Shown piece by piece: positions 52,262 to 64,000 of a stretch of DNA of 64,000 nt. The notes under the pieces were generated by a model. It saw nothing but the letters and a program-made list of their open reading frames with translations, was not told the origin of the DNA and searched no databases. The stretch is taken from the NCBI GenBank assembly GCA_044070495.1, contig JBIPSI010000009.1, positions 102,234-166,233 of the forward strand. Reading direction: 5' to 3'. This DNA comes from Spirulina sp. GTDB taxonomy: Bacteria; Cyanobacteriota; Cyanobacteriia; Phormidesmidales; Phormidesmidaceae. Within the stretch, counting starts at the first letter, position 1. Every line of letters starts with the position of its first letter. Position numbers and translations under genes: made by a program.

Positions 52262-53701
52262 ATGGGACAACGGCGCGACAGGTTCAAGGCTTCGCCGGAG
52301 GGATTGAAGCTGGTGGAGCAGGCGGCTCGGCAGCGGGGGTGGGGGCATCAGTCGGCGGTGTGGTACGACCGTGCCCATGTGTCTTTGGCAACGTTGCGGC
52401 GGTTTTGGCAGCGGATTCCCATTAGTGCCGAGTTTTTTGTGGCCATTTGCGATGCCGTTGGGATGGATTGGCGGCAGGTGGTCGCCACGGATCCGGGGGT
52501 AGAGACTGAGCAGGCCGTAGAGGCTGAGACAGCCCTGGCGGAACCGCTGGCGGAGGAAGATTCCTGTGCCTATGCCTGGGTGGGGCGGGATGCGCTGCTG
52601 GCGGAGTTGGTGCAGCGGTGTCGGCGGGATTGTCGGCTGCTGATGGTGACGGGGATGACTGGGGTGGGGAAGACGGCCCTGGTGAACCAGATTCGTCAGC
52701 CCTTGGCAGAAACGCTGACGGATTTGCGGTGGGTGAATTTTGACGGGCGGGAGCACACCGAGTTTGCCCAAGTGGCCTCTGTTTTGGTGGAGGGTGCTCC
52801 AGATTTAGCGGCCCTGTCGGCGGAGGATCGGTTGTCGGCGGTGGTGGAGTCGTTGGTGAACTTCCCGAAGCTGGTGGTGCTGGATGGGTTTGAGGCGGTG
52901 CTGCAAGGGAATGAGGAACGCGGCTGGAGTGAGTTTAAAGATGCCGAGTGGGGGCGCTTTTTTCAGCGGTTGCTGGCGGCGGCGGCTTGCCAGAGTGTGG
53001 TGTTGGTGACCAGTCAAGAGTTTCCGGCGGCACTGCGGACGATGGGCAGTCGCTATGATGCGGTGTGGCACAGTGTGGATTTGAAGGGGCTGGGGTCGGA
53101 GGAACGGATGCAGCTCTTTGCGGCGTTGGGTGTCGAGGCTGATCAGGATTCTCAGGGGCAGGACTGGCTGCGGCGAATTGGGGACGCCTACGAGGGGCAC
53201 CCCTTGGCCCTGAAGGTGATTGCCGGGGAAATTTTGTCGTCGCCGTTTTATGGCAACCTCACGGCCTACTGGCAGACCTACGGCCAAGAAATTGAGCAGC
53301 TAGAGCAGGCCAATGCGGCGACCCATCCCAAGGGCGAAGACGATCTGCTGCGGCTGGATTGCTATACGCGGCAGCTTCGTCACATTGTGCGCGAACGCAT
53401 TGAGGCCAGTTTCTTGCGGTTGCAGCAGGAGGTGCCCTTGGCCTACCAGTTGTTGTGTATGGGGTCGGTGTATCGCCGTCCGGTGGTGGAGGCGTTTTGG
53501 CTGAATTTGCTGACGCCGTTTCAGCCCGATGGGGATCAAGCGCAGTTGATGTTAGACGCGCTTCTGGATCGCTATTTGGTCGAAGAAATCCTGGAGCGCA
53601 ACCAGCTTCATTTGCGGCAGCACAACCTCATCCGCAGCATTGCCCTCAGCCATTTGCGCCAGTTCCGTACGCCCCATGAGCCACCCGCTGCCAGCGCTTG
53701 A
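52262..53701 (+). CDS. HTH + NB-ARC (STAND) ATPase lacking a C-terminal sensor
   Basis: N-terminal HTH-like domain (VSLATLRRFW..FVAICDAVGMDW), GMTGVGKT, LVVLDGFE, GHPLAL; ends just after the QHNLIR (MHD-like) motif. Confidence 0.85.
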   Translation: MGQRRDRFKASPEGLKLVEQAARQRGWGHQSAVWYDRAHVSLATLRRFWQRIPISAEFFVAICDAVGMDWRQVVATDPGVETEQAVEAETALAEPLAEEDSCAYAWVGRDALLAELVQRCRRDCRLLMVTGMTGVGKTALVNQIRQPLAETLTDLRWVNFDGREHTEFAQVASVLVEGAPDLAALSAEDRLSAVVESLVNFPKLVVLDGFEAVLQGNEERGWSEFKDAEWGRFFQRLLAAAACQSVVLVTSQEFPAALRTMGSRYDAVWHSVDLKGLGSEERMQLFAALGVEADQDSQGQDWLRRIGDAYEGHPLALKVIAGEILSSPFYGNLTAYWQTYGQEIEQLEQANAATHPKGEDDLLRLDCYTRQLRHIVRERIEASFLRLQQEVPLAYQLLCMGSVYRRPVVEAFWLNLLTPFQPDGDQAQLMLDALLDRYLVEEILERNQLHLRQHNLIRSIALSHLRQFRTPHEPPAASA

Positions 53702-55181
53702 ATTTGACGATAGTTCCCCTCGGTTTTCCTGGGCTTTTCCAGAACCGGAGGTCGTGGGGCCGTGGACATCGTCTCCCTTTGCCGAGGCCCCAGGCGAAGG
53801 GGCGCTAGCGGTTCCCAGCTTGGGATCGGCCCTGGAGTCGGCCCTAGCAGCGGTGGCGGTGTCGTCGCCCTGGGCCTTTGCCCACGCTATGGCGTTGGTG
53901 CAGTGGCTACAAAACTACACACCGTCTAGTGCGGCCCCCCTAGACCAAGTGCAGGGCTGGCTAGAGGCGTTTTACCATGCCTGCGAGGCGGAACTGTGGG
54001 AACTGGCGGGGGCCATCGCCCAAGCGCAGACCAAAACAGGCCAGCCCCTCTATCAACAGCTTGGCCAGTGGGGGCACTGCCGAGAACAGGTGGAACTGTG
54101 TGAGGCGTTGCTTCCTCACATCGCTGAGCCACTGCAAGGAGAACTGCGGCAACTTGCGGGGGATGGCTGGCGACACCTGGGCCACTACGACACCGCCCGC
54201 CACCACTATGAAGCCCTGTTGCAGGAGAGCCTAGCCCATGGGGATCGCCGCCAAATCCTGAAGGCTCGTCTGGGGGTGGTTCATCTCGCTATGGATGCCG
54301 CCTTCTATCACCGTGCCATCCCCCAGTGGCTAGCCCTACTGCCGGAGGCCGAGGCTTTGGGAGATGCCGCTACCATCGTTGATATTTTGCGCCAACTTGC
54401 CCTGGCCTACGGCTATACCGGACGTTCGGGCCGGAGTATGGCGCTATTGCAGCGGGCGCTCGATCTGTTGCAAGCCCATGGGCTGAGCGATTTAGAGGTG
54501 CCCACCCTGCAAGTCTTGATCAAAGTATATGAATGGCGGGGGCAAACTCAGCAGACCTTGGCCCACCTCAACCGCCTTTTGAGCGTAGCCCAGGCCAACC
54601 AAGATTTGGCCCTAGAAGCGGAGGTTTATACCCGACTCGCACGGGCCAGCTTTTGCGGGGGGCAAGTCTCGGAGGCCATCGCCCACAGTACGCAAAGTCT
54701 CACCCTATATCGCCAGATTCACTACATCGATTTAGAAATTATTGCTCTCAACGACTTGGGGACATTCTACGCCTATGGCTTGGGGCAACTCTCTACTGCA
54801 CTAGACTACTTTCGGCAGGCCCAAGCCCTGTCCCGCCAGCTTGGAATCGTTGGCTTTCTGGCTTTGCTTACCGCCAACCAAGCCTACTGCTATGCCCTGT
54901 TGGGGCAGCAGGACTTAGCTCTCCAGACCAGCGAAACTGCCCTGACCCTGGTCAGCCAGGATGACGTAACCGATGATCTGCGAATGGTGGCCTACGCGGT
55001 TTTAGGTCGGGTACATTGGGTAGAAGGTCGCTATTTCAATGCCCTGGCGTTAGTTGGGCAGGCACTTTGGATGGCTCCGCCCTGGCGTAGCGTCAATGGC
55101 AAACTCGTACTCGCTAAAACCTGGGAAACCCTACTGCAATGGCCCCAACAATGGTGGCAGGCCCAGTTTGGAAGGAATTAA
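53676..55181 (+). CDS. TPR protein overlapping the STAND gene
   Basis: LEAFYHACEAELWELA helical start followed by multiple TPR units (LGHYDTA, LNDLGTFY, ALDYFRQA). Confidence 0.85.
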   Translation: MSHPLPALEFDDSSPRFSWAFPEPEVVGPWTSSPFAEAPGEGALAVPSLGSALESALAAVAVSSPWAFAHAMALVQWLQNYTPSSAAPLDQVQGWLEAFYHACEAELWELAGAIAQAQTKTGQPLYQQLGQWGHCREQVELCEALLPHIAEPLQGELRQLAGDGWRHLGHYDTARHHYEALLQESLAHGDRRQILKARLGVVHLAMDAAFYHRAIPQWLALLPEAEALGDAATIVDILRQLALAYGYTGRSGRSMALLQRALDLLQAHGLSDLEVPTLQVLIKVYEWRGQTQQTLAHLNRLLSVAQANQDLALEAEVYTRLARASFCGGQVSEAIAHSTQSLTLYRQIHYIDLEIIALNDLGTFYAYGLGQLSTALDYFRQAQALSRQLGIVGFLALLTANQAYCYALLGQQDLALQTSETALTLVSQDDVTDDLRMVAYAVLGRVHWVEGRYFNALALVGQALWMAPPWRSVNGKLVLAKTWETLLQWPQQWWQAQFGRN

Positions 55182-55255
55182 TCATCCGCTCATGGAGAGT
55201 AAGCAAGACGCTGAAGCTGTGCTTGCCGTAGACGTTCCTGCCATAAAAGATCCCA

Positions 55256-55455
55256 GGGTTCTCACTGGGGTATTCGATGATGCCTCGGCAGGGCTGAAGA
55301 ACCCTGGGATCTAGGGTCACAATTCGCCATATTCCTGCAGAAACTGGAGAAAATCGGGTTCTCACTGGGGGATTCGATGATGCCTCGGCAGGGCTGAAGA
55401 ACCCTGGGATCTAGGGTCACAATTCGCCATATTCCTGCAAAAACTGGAGAAAATC
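55256..55455. repeat. 100-bp tandem duplication
   Basis: 55256-55355 and 55356-55455 are nearly identical (two differences seen). Confidence 0.92.
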
Positions 55456-55916
55456 GGCTATGGCTGCTTGGGTTTCTTCACCGGGGTTGAGTAGATGCCG
55501 TATTTGGAGAACGATCCATCGATTTTGGATTCTAGCTCGGCTAGCCGTTCGTTCTGCTTCCTGATTTCTTCGGTTTTCCTCTCGTATTCTTCGTTGCTCT
55601 TCCTCAGATCTTCGTTGTGCTTCTTCAGCCAGGCGGTTTGCTTCTCGTTCGCGCAGCGTGCCTTTAGGCAATTTCGACGGTTCCACGCTACGCACGGGCT
55701 TTGCCCTACAACGCCGAAATTAGCCAGTGTAGCCAGGAGGGCTGCCACGGTGAATCGATTGCGACCGAGTCGGGGTTGGGCGATGAATCCGAGGAGGGCG
55801 AAGTCTTGGGTGTCATAGAACCGAAGAAAAGCAACGGCGATGGCGAGCACGGTAACGAGGGTGCCGGGAAGCAACCCCAAGGCGTTAACCCAAATTGAGC
55901 GATTGAATATCCCCAT
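55417..55916 (-). pseudogene. membrane/coiled-coil protein gene frameshifted by small dispersed repeats
   Basis: N-terminal TM part ...WNRRN joins REANRLAEE... of the next frame if 55648-55670 (23 nt) is removed. Confidence 0.72.
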
Positions 55917-55936
55917 TGTAGTTAGCGGCGATGTCG

Positions 55937-57202
55937 TCAGCGGCGATGTCTCTTTAACCAAAGGCCCACGAGCAGAGTATACCCAACCCCCACAAGCGCC
56001 ACCCTTTGAAAGGGCAAGCCTAAGTCGTAAAGGGTGCCCCCCATCACTGCCCCTAGGCTAACTGCCAAGTTGGACGCTGAAACTACCAAGGCATAGGCCG
56101 ACCCGGCCACCTGGGGCGGACAAACGGCCACCACTCGGCCAAATAATCCCAAAAAGCTGACGATGGCACAGGCTCCGCGCAGCAGGTATACGCCATAAGC
56201 AGAGGTCACATCGGCGGATAGCGCCACCAAACTCAGCATTACTCCTGCCTGTCCTATGATGGCCAAGGGGATCAGGGGCAACCGGGAAGAACGCCACGCC
56301 CATAGACCAAACCCTAGTGCGCCTAGGGCCGTTCCCAGGGTTTCCGTGGCTTTGAGTTGGCCGACGAGGTGATTGTCAAAGCCGAGTTCTTGCACCTGGT
56401 AGAGGTAGTCGATGGGCAACGGGCTGAGGTGAATCAGTACGACCAGGCCCAGAACTTGGCGCAGGTCAGGCTGTTTGAGGGCGTTGATCAGGGAACCCAA
56501 GATCCCAGGGTTCTTGAGTGAATCACCTGGGCGTTGTTGGGGATCTAGGCCAGAACCCTGGGATCTGTTTTGCCAGAATTTACGCTGGATAGGTGTTTTC
56601 TCGGCATCAGGCCATTGCCAGATCACCAAAACCAGGGCTAGGATGGGCACCACGGCACTGAGGCCAAACACTTGGTTGAGGGGCATTCGATCCGCCAGCC
56701 AGCCACCGACCAAAAACATCGCTATGGCGGTGCTGCCCCAGCCCACCCACTGGGCCGCCTGGTATAGATTACCCCGCTGGTGCCGCTGCCCTTCAAGCAC
56801 CATCCAGCGGTCGGCCACCACGTCCGAAAACGCCACGAGCACCGAGATCAGCCCCAGCCCCAGCAGCAACAGGCCCACGGTTGGGGAGGGCACCAGGCTT
56901 AGCCCACCAAAGCCCAGGGCAATGCTGCCAAAGCAGACCATCAAGAAGCCTTGGGTGGTGTAGCCCTGCTGAATGAGGGTATCAATCACAATAGCCCAGA
57001 GGGGTTTGATCATCCAGGGCAGCAGCACCATGGCTTGGAATCCCGCCAGTTGTGCCGCCGCAAAGCCCAGTTGCTGAGTTAGGTAATGGGCGACGGGCAA
57101 AAAAACCAGCCCCGGATTGCCCGTCGCCGCCTGCACGGCATAGAGCAGAGCCATAAACCCCACTCGTGCCGCGTTTCGATTGGGCAACGTAACCGACGCC
57201 AC
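55937..57202 (-). CDS. MFS transporter (BT1/folate-biopterin-like)
   Basis: LPWMIKPLW..D, FSDVVAD..MV and 12-TM layout. Confidence 0.82.
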   Translation of the reverse strand: MASVTLPNRNAARVGFMALLYAVQAATGNPGLVFLPVAHYLTQQLGFAAAQLAGFQAMVLLPWMIKPLWAIVIDTLIQQGYTTQGFLMVCFGSIALGFGGLSLVPSPTVGLLLLGLGLISVLVAFSDVVADRWMVLEGQRHQRGNLYQAAQWVGWGSTAIAMFLVGGWLADRMPLNQVFGLSAVVPILALVLVIWQWPDAEKTPIQRKFWQNRSQGSGLDPQQRPGDSLKNPGILGSLINALKQPDLRQVLGLVVLIHLSPLPIDYLYQVQELGFDNHLVGQLKATETLGTALGALGFGLWAWRSSRLPLIPLAIIGQAGVMLSLVALSADVTSAYGVYLLRGACAIVSFLGLFGRVVAVCPPQVAGSAYALVVSASNLAVSLGAVMGGTLYDLGLPFQRVALVGVGYTLLVGLWLKRHRR

Positions 57203-57219
57203 CGGGAGTAACCGCTATC

Positions 57220-60492
<3,273 letters not shown>

Positions 60493-60682
60493 AAGCGGCA
60501 GGGGGGTGGTGAGAAAATCCAACCTATTCTAAGGGCTAACGGCGGGATTCGATTGTCGATCTTGGGGCTACCAAGGCCGACAACTGAGGTGGAAGGGCCG
60601 AATGTCACCGTTCCCTAAACTTAAGCAAAACTCCCACTTATCGCCCCTGGGCGGGCCGCAGGATTGGGGTGGGGGCTGGCGC

Positions 60683-61960
60683 TTAACCCTGCACAAGTAG
60701 GTGGGCCAACTCCTCAGACGACAGGGTATACAGGGTAATCGGCTCCGCACGGCCTCGGATGGGGTGAGATCCCAGGGATTGCAGGGGGCGGGAGTGGATC
60801 CGCTGGGCGGTGTCCTGGCTGATCAAAATGGGGCTTTTGGGGTAGTCCTTGGTCATCGCTTCTAGGCGGGAGGCCACATTCACCGTATCGCCCAGGACGG
60901 TGAAATCCAGCCGATTCGCGGTGCCCACACAACCGGCCACCACTGGCCCCGAATGCAGCCCCACACCCAAGTCCAGGGGCGACACAGAAGGACTGGCTTG
61001 CAGAATAGCCAGGGCCGCCGCGAGGGCTTTTTCGGCGTGGTCTTCCAGGTGATCCGGTGCCCCAAACACCGCCAGCATCCCATCGCCCATGAACTTATCG
61101 ACCCAGCCGCCATGGCGCTCCACCAGGGTCACCAGCATATCTTGGTAGCGGGTCAGCATGGCCATCACCGCCTGGGGGTCGAGGGTTTCGGAAAATTGGG
61201 TAAAGCCGCGTAGGTCGGTCATTAACACCGTCACATCTCGGCGCTGGGGCTGTTGCAGCAGTTGTAGCGGCGTTTCAAAGGCGGCTTCTACCACCGTGGG
61301 CGGCAAAAACCGCTCCATCACCATCCGCCCCATTTCGTTTTTAACGTGGCGACGCAGAATGTTGCCCATCCACAGCCCGATCAGCCCTGTGCCCAGGATG
61401 GTAAAACTGGTGAACAGGGCCAGGGCCACATTCATCTCAAAGCGCCAAGCTGCATAGGCAAAGTTGGCCAAGGACAACAGGGTGGTGAGTACGGTCGCCT
61501 GCTGGGTGAAACGCATCCCGCCCGACACCGCCAGCAGGCAGCAGAAGGCTGCTATGTTGCATAGAATCAACGGCTGGCTTTCCCCTAACACCTGCCAAAT
61601 ATTGGTGATGAACGCCCCCAGCAGCAGCCCATCAAACACCGGAGCCACCACCTGCCATCGCCGCAACTGCTTGAGATCCAGGGTTTGGTGCAGCGCTCGG
61701 ATGAACCCCATGGCCACCGCATTGGCGCACAGGCTAATGATGACCACCGTGGGCGGCACCGCCTCCTTGCCCAGCAGGGCGGGATGAAAAAACACCGCCA
61801 CGTCCAGCCCTAGGGAAATCAACAGCACCAGCCATCGCACGTAGGCCAGTTTTAGCTCGTTGCGATGGGCCTGCTGGGCCACCACCTGATCCCGCGCCGC
61901 CGCTAGGGAAAGGTGGCGCGATAAGTCAGGGGGCTTCGCCAAGGAAAGAAAGGACTGCAT
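60683..61960 (-). CDS. membrane class III adenylate/guanylate cyclase
   Basis: about six TM helices, then TDLRGFT, DKFMGDG and DFTVLGDTVNVASRLE (Lys/Asp pattern of ATP specificity). Confidence 0.92.
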   Translation of the reverse strand: MQSFLSLAKPPDLSRHLSLAAARDQVVAQQAHRNELKLAYVRWLVLLISLGLDVAVFFHPALLGKEAVPPTVVIISLCANAVAMGFIRALHQTLDLKQLRRWQVVAPVFDGLLLGAFITNIWQVLGESQPLILCNIAAFCCLLAVSGGMRFTQQATVLTTLLSLANFAYAAWRFEMNVALALFTSFTILGTGLIGLWMGNILRRHVKNEMGRMVMERFLPPTVVEAAFETPLQLLQQPQRRDVTVLMTDLRGFTQFSETLDPQAVMAMLTRYQDMLVTLVERHGGWVDKFMGDGMLAVFGAPDHLEDHAEKALAAALAILQASPSVSPLDLGVGLHSGPVVAGCVGTANRLDFTVLGDTVNVASRLEAMTKDYPKSPILISQDTAQRIHSRPLQSLGSHPIRGRAEPITLYTLSSEELAHLLVQG

Positions 61961-62400
61961 AGACAGAACGCCAGAGGCCGACAGCACACGACATCACCGA
62001 TCTAGTCACCGATCTAGATTTAGGGTAAGTATCGCCCACGCTTGGGCGACATCCGCATTCCACCGCCCCGATGCTCCCCTTGCCAAACCATAGGGACGAG
62101 GAAACCTCATCCGCCTAAATCCACCTAAATCCAGGGTAACCCATCAAAATCGAGGCTGAGATGTCCTGATTATCGTCCCTGGTCTCAGCCCTATCCAGCT
62201 CCATCCCAAGCGAGCGATAGCTTCGTCACTCCTATTTTTGTCAATGGTTAGAATTGACTTAGTACCGCGATCCTAGGTCAATTTGGGGTCTGCCCCCTCC
62301 ATGAATTCTAAGGGGGATCACTATAATAGGTTCCCAATCTAGCCCGACGGGTTGTAATGGGGCTGGGCGTCGTTCCAGTGTTGGTTGTTAGGAGAAGGCC

Positions 62401-62820
62401 ATGATCACCACCACCCACCTCAAAATTGGTGAAGTGTCGCGCCAGACGGGGGTGGCCGTCGGTGCCCTGCGCTACTACGAAAGCCTGGGCCTGATTACCT
62501 CCCAGCGGGGCCAAAATAGCTACCGCTACTACGCCCCGGCCACGGTACAGCAGGTGGAATTCATCAAAAAAGCCCAGGCCCTCGGCTTTTCCCTAGAAGA
62601 CATCAAAGAGGTATTAACCGTCCATCACCAAGGCCATGCCCCCTGCAATTTTGTGCAGTCCCTTTTGCAGCAAAAAATCGACCACCTAGAATCCCAAATC
62701 CAGCAAATGACCACCTTCAAAGCGGAGTTGGAACAGTACCGCGATCAGTGGGCGACCCATCCCCCGCAGCCCGAATCGGGGGAGATTTGTCCCTTAATTG
62801 AAACGGTTTCCCTCGCCTAG
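62401..62820 (+). CDS. MerR family heavy-metal regulator
   Basis: KIGEVS..ALRYYE.LGL, GFSLEDIK, Cys in APCNFV and ICPLIE. Confidence 0.92.
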   Translation: MITTTHLKIGEVSRQTGVAVGALRYYESLGLITSQRGQNSYRYYAPATVQQVEFIKKAQALGFSLEDIKEVLTVHHQGHAPCNFVQSLLQQKIDHLESQIQQMTTFKAELEQYRDQWATHPPQPESGEICPLIETVSLA

Positions 62821-62828
62821 GCATCCTC

Positions 62829-62883
62829 TTGGTTGTTGGTTGTTGGTTGTTGGTTGTTGGTTGCTGGTTGTTGGTTGCTGGTT
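62829..62883 (+). repeat. TTGGTTG heptamer STRR array
   Basis: about eight tandem (T/C)TGGTTG units. Confidence 0.9.
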
Positions 62884-62885
62884 AT

Positions 62886-64000
62886 CTGATTGCCCTGGTT
62901 GACTGACAAAAGTTGCCTGAAAGCTGCTGAACAGCTTGTGAAGCAGTAGTTTCAGGGGTCTGAGGAAAGGGAGGGGGAGCCAGCGTTCTAAGCTTAGATA
63001 CCACTCAAAAGCGTAGATGCTGTGAAAAAAACTCCCCTCTCTACAATGCCCTGAATGCCTGGCTGGGTCAATCGGTGCCCTGGGCGCATCGAGGCCATCT
63101 GACGACCTGCCTGTGGATGGTGGTGGCCTTGCTCCAGCGCGGAGAGGTCAGTCTGACGCGCTGGCTGCCCTATGTGCCGTGTCGAGGGGTGCAGGCACAG
63201 AGTAAACAACGACGGCTCAGCCGCTGGCTGCACAACAGTCGTCTGAACGTCCATCGCCTGTATAAGCCCTTGATTCAGGGGGCTTTGGCGGATTGGGCGG
63301 AGGAGGTGTTGTACCTGAGTCTGGACACCTCGCTCTATTGGGATGAGTATTGTTTAGTCCGATTGGCGGTGGTGCATCGAGGTCGAGCCTTGCCCGTGGT
63401 GTAGCGGGTGCTCAAACACCGTAGCGCCTCGGTGGGCTTCGACGCCTATCGGGAGATGCTGCACCAAGCGGCGGCGCGATTGCCGTCGGGGGTGACGGTC
63501 GTGGTGCTGGCCGACCGGGGCTTCGTCCACACCGACGCCATGACCGCGATGACCACGCAACTGGGCTGGCACTACCGCATCCGCATCAAGCGCGATAGTT
63601 GGATTTGGCGAGTCGGTCAGGGGTGGTGTCAACTGAAAGACATTCATCTTCACCGGGGGGAGGCCCTCTGTTGGCACACCGTGAAGCTTCACAAAGGGGA
63701 GGGGTACGGCCCGGTGCATGTCGCCTTTGGCCACAACACCGTCAATGGTCAGTTTTGGGCCATCGTCAGCGATGAACCCACCACCCTGCACACCTTCCAG
63801 GAATATGGCCTGCGCTTTGACATTGAGGAGGCGTTTCTCGATGACCAATCCAACGGCTGGAATCTCCAAAAGTCCGAAATTCGCTCGGTTTGTGCCCTCT
63901 CCCGCCTCTGGTTTCTCCTCGCGGTCGCCACCCTCTATGTCACCGCCCAAGGTGTGGAGGTCGCCACCACGGGCAAACGCCGTTGGGTTGACCCCCATTG
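62886..64000 (+). mobile_element. IS4-type element with inactivated transposase (runs off window)
   Basis: end CTGATTGCC-CTGGTTGACTGACAAAAG; GTG 63022 out of frame with the body; TAG at 63402-63404; LSLDTS, VLADRGF and Y..RFDIEE.F.D motifs. Confidence 0.88.

Noticed and set aside
55921..55950. 15-bp tandem duplication at the MFS stop, plus 12-bp duplications near 14326 and 61996
   Set aside because: Simple local slippage with no evident consequence.

Overview
Chromosomal window from a GC-rich cyanobacterium. Markers are SigE, the PSII S4/YlmH protein, TxlA/HCF164, the DDOR-type oxidoreductase, a PEP-CTERM-type protein and heptamer STRR repeats; a filamentous Leptolyngbya/Nodosilinea-like host is an inference. 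Housekeeping genes (gmd, trmFO, sigE, priA, sppA, aroH, carB, selD-like fusion) are interleaved with accessory blocks. These are an AraC/arylsulfatase pair, a decayed selD-mnmH neighbourhood, an AT-richer coiled-coil gene pair, an iron-type island (fecCDE-like ABC, TonB-receptor remnant, Cys-less P1B ATPase operon, Fur-like boxes), an AT-rich surface-protein island (double FG-GAP propeller plus M23 peptidase; PEP-CTERM-like protein), toxin-antitoxin modules and a split HTH-NB-ARC + TPR (STAND) gene pair. The most pervasive non-genic signal is a layered set of tiny mobile repeats (GTAG-REP hairpins, 21-24 nt dispersed elements, heptamer arrays, MITEs sharing ends with an IS4-type element) that repeatedly sit inside coding genes. 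Most are in frame, but priA and one membrane-protein gene are frameshifted at such insertions. No rRNA, tRNA or CRISPR array was seen. All calls come from reading motifs by eye; no searches were run.
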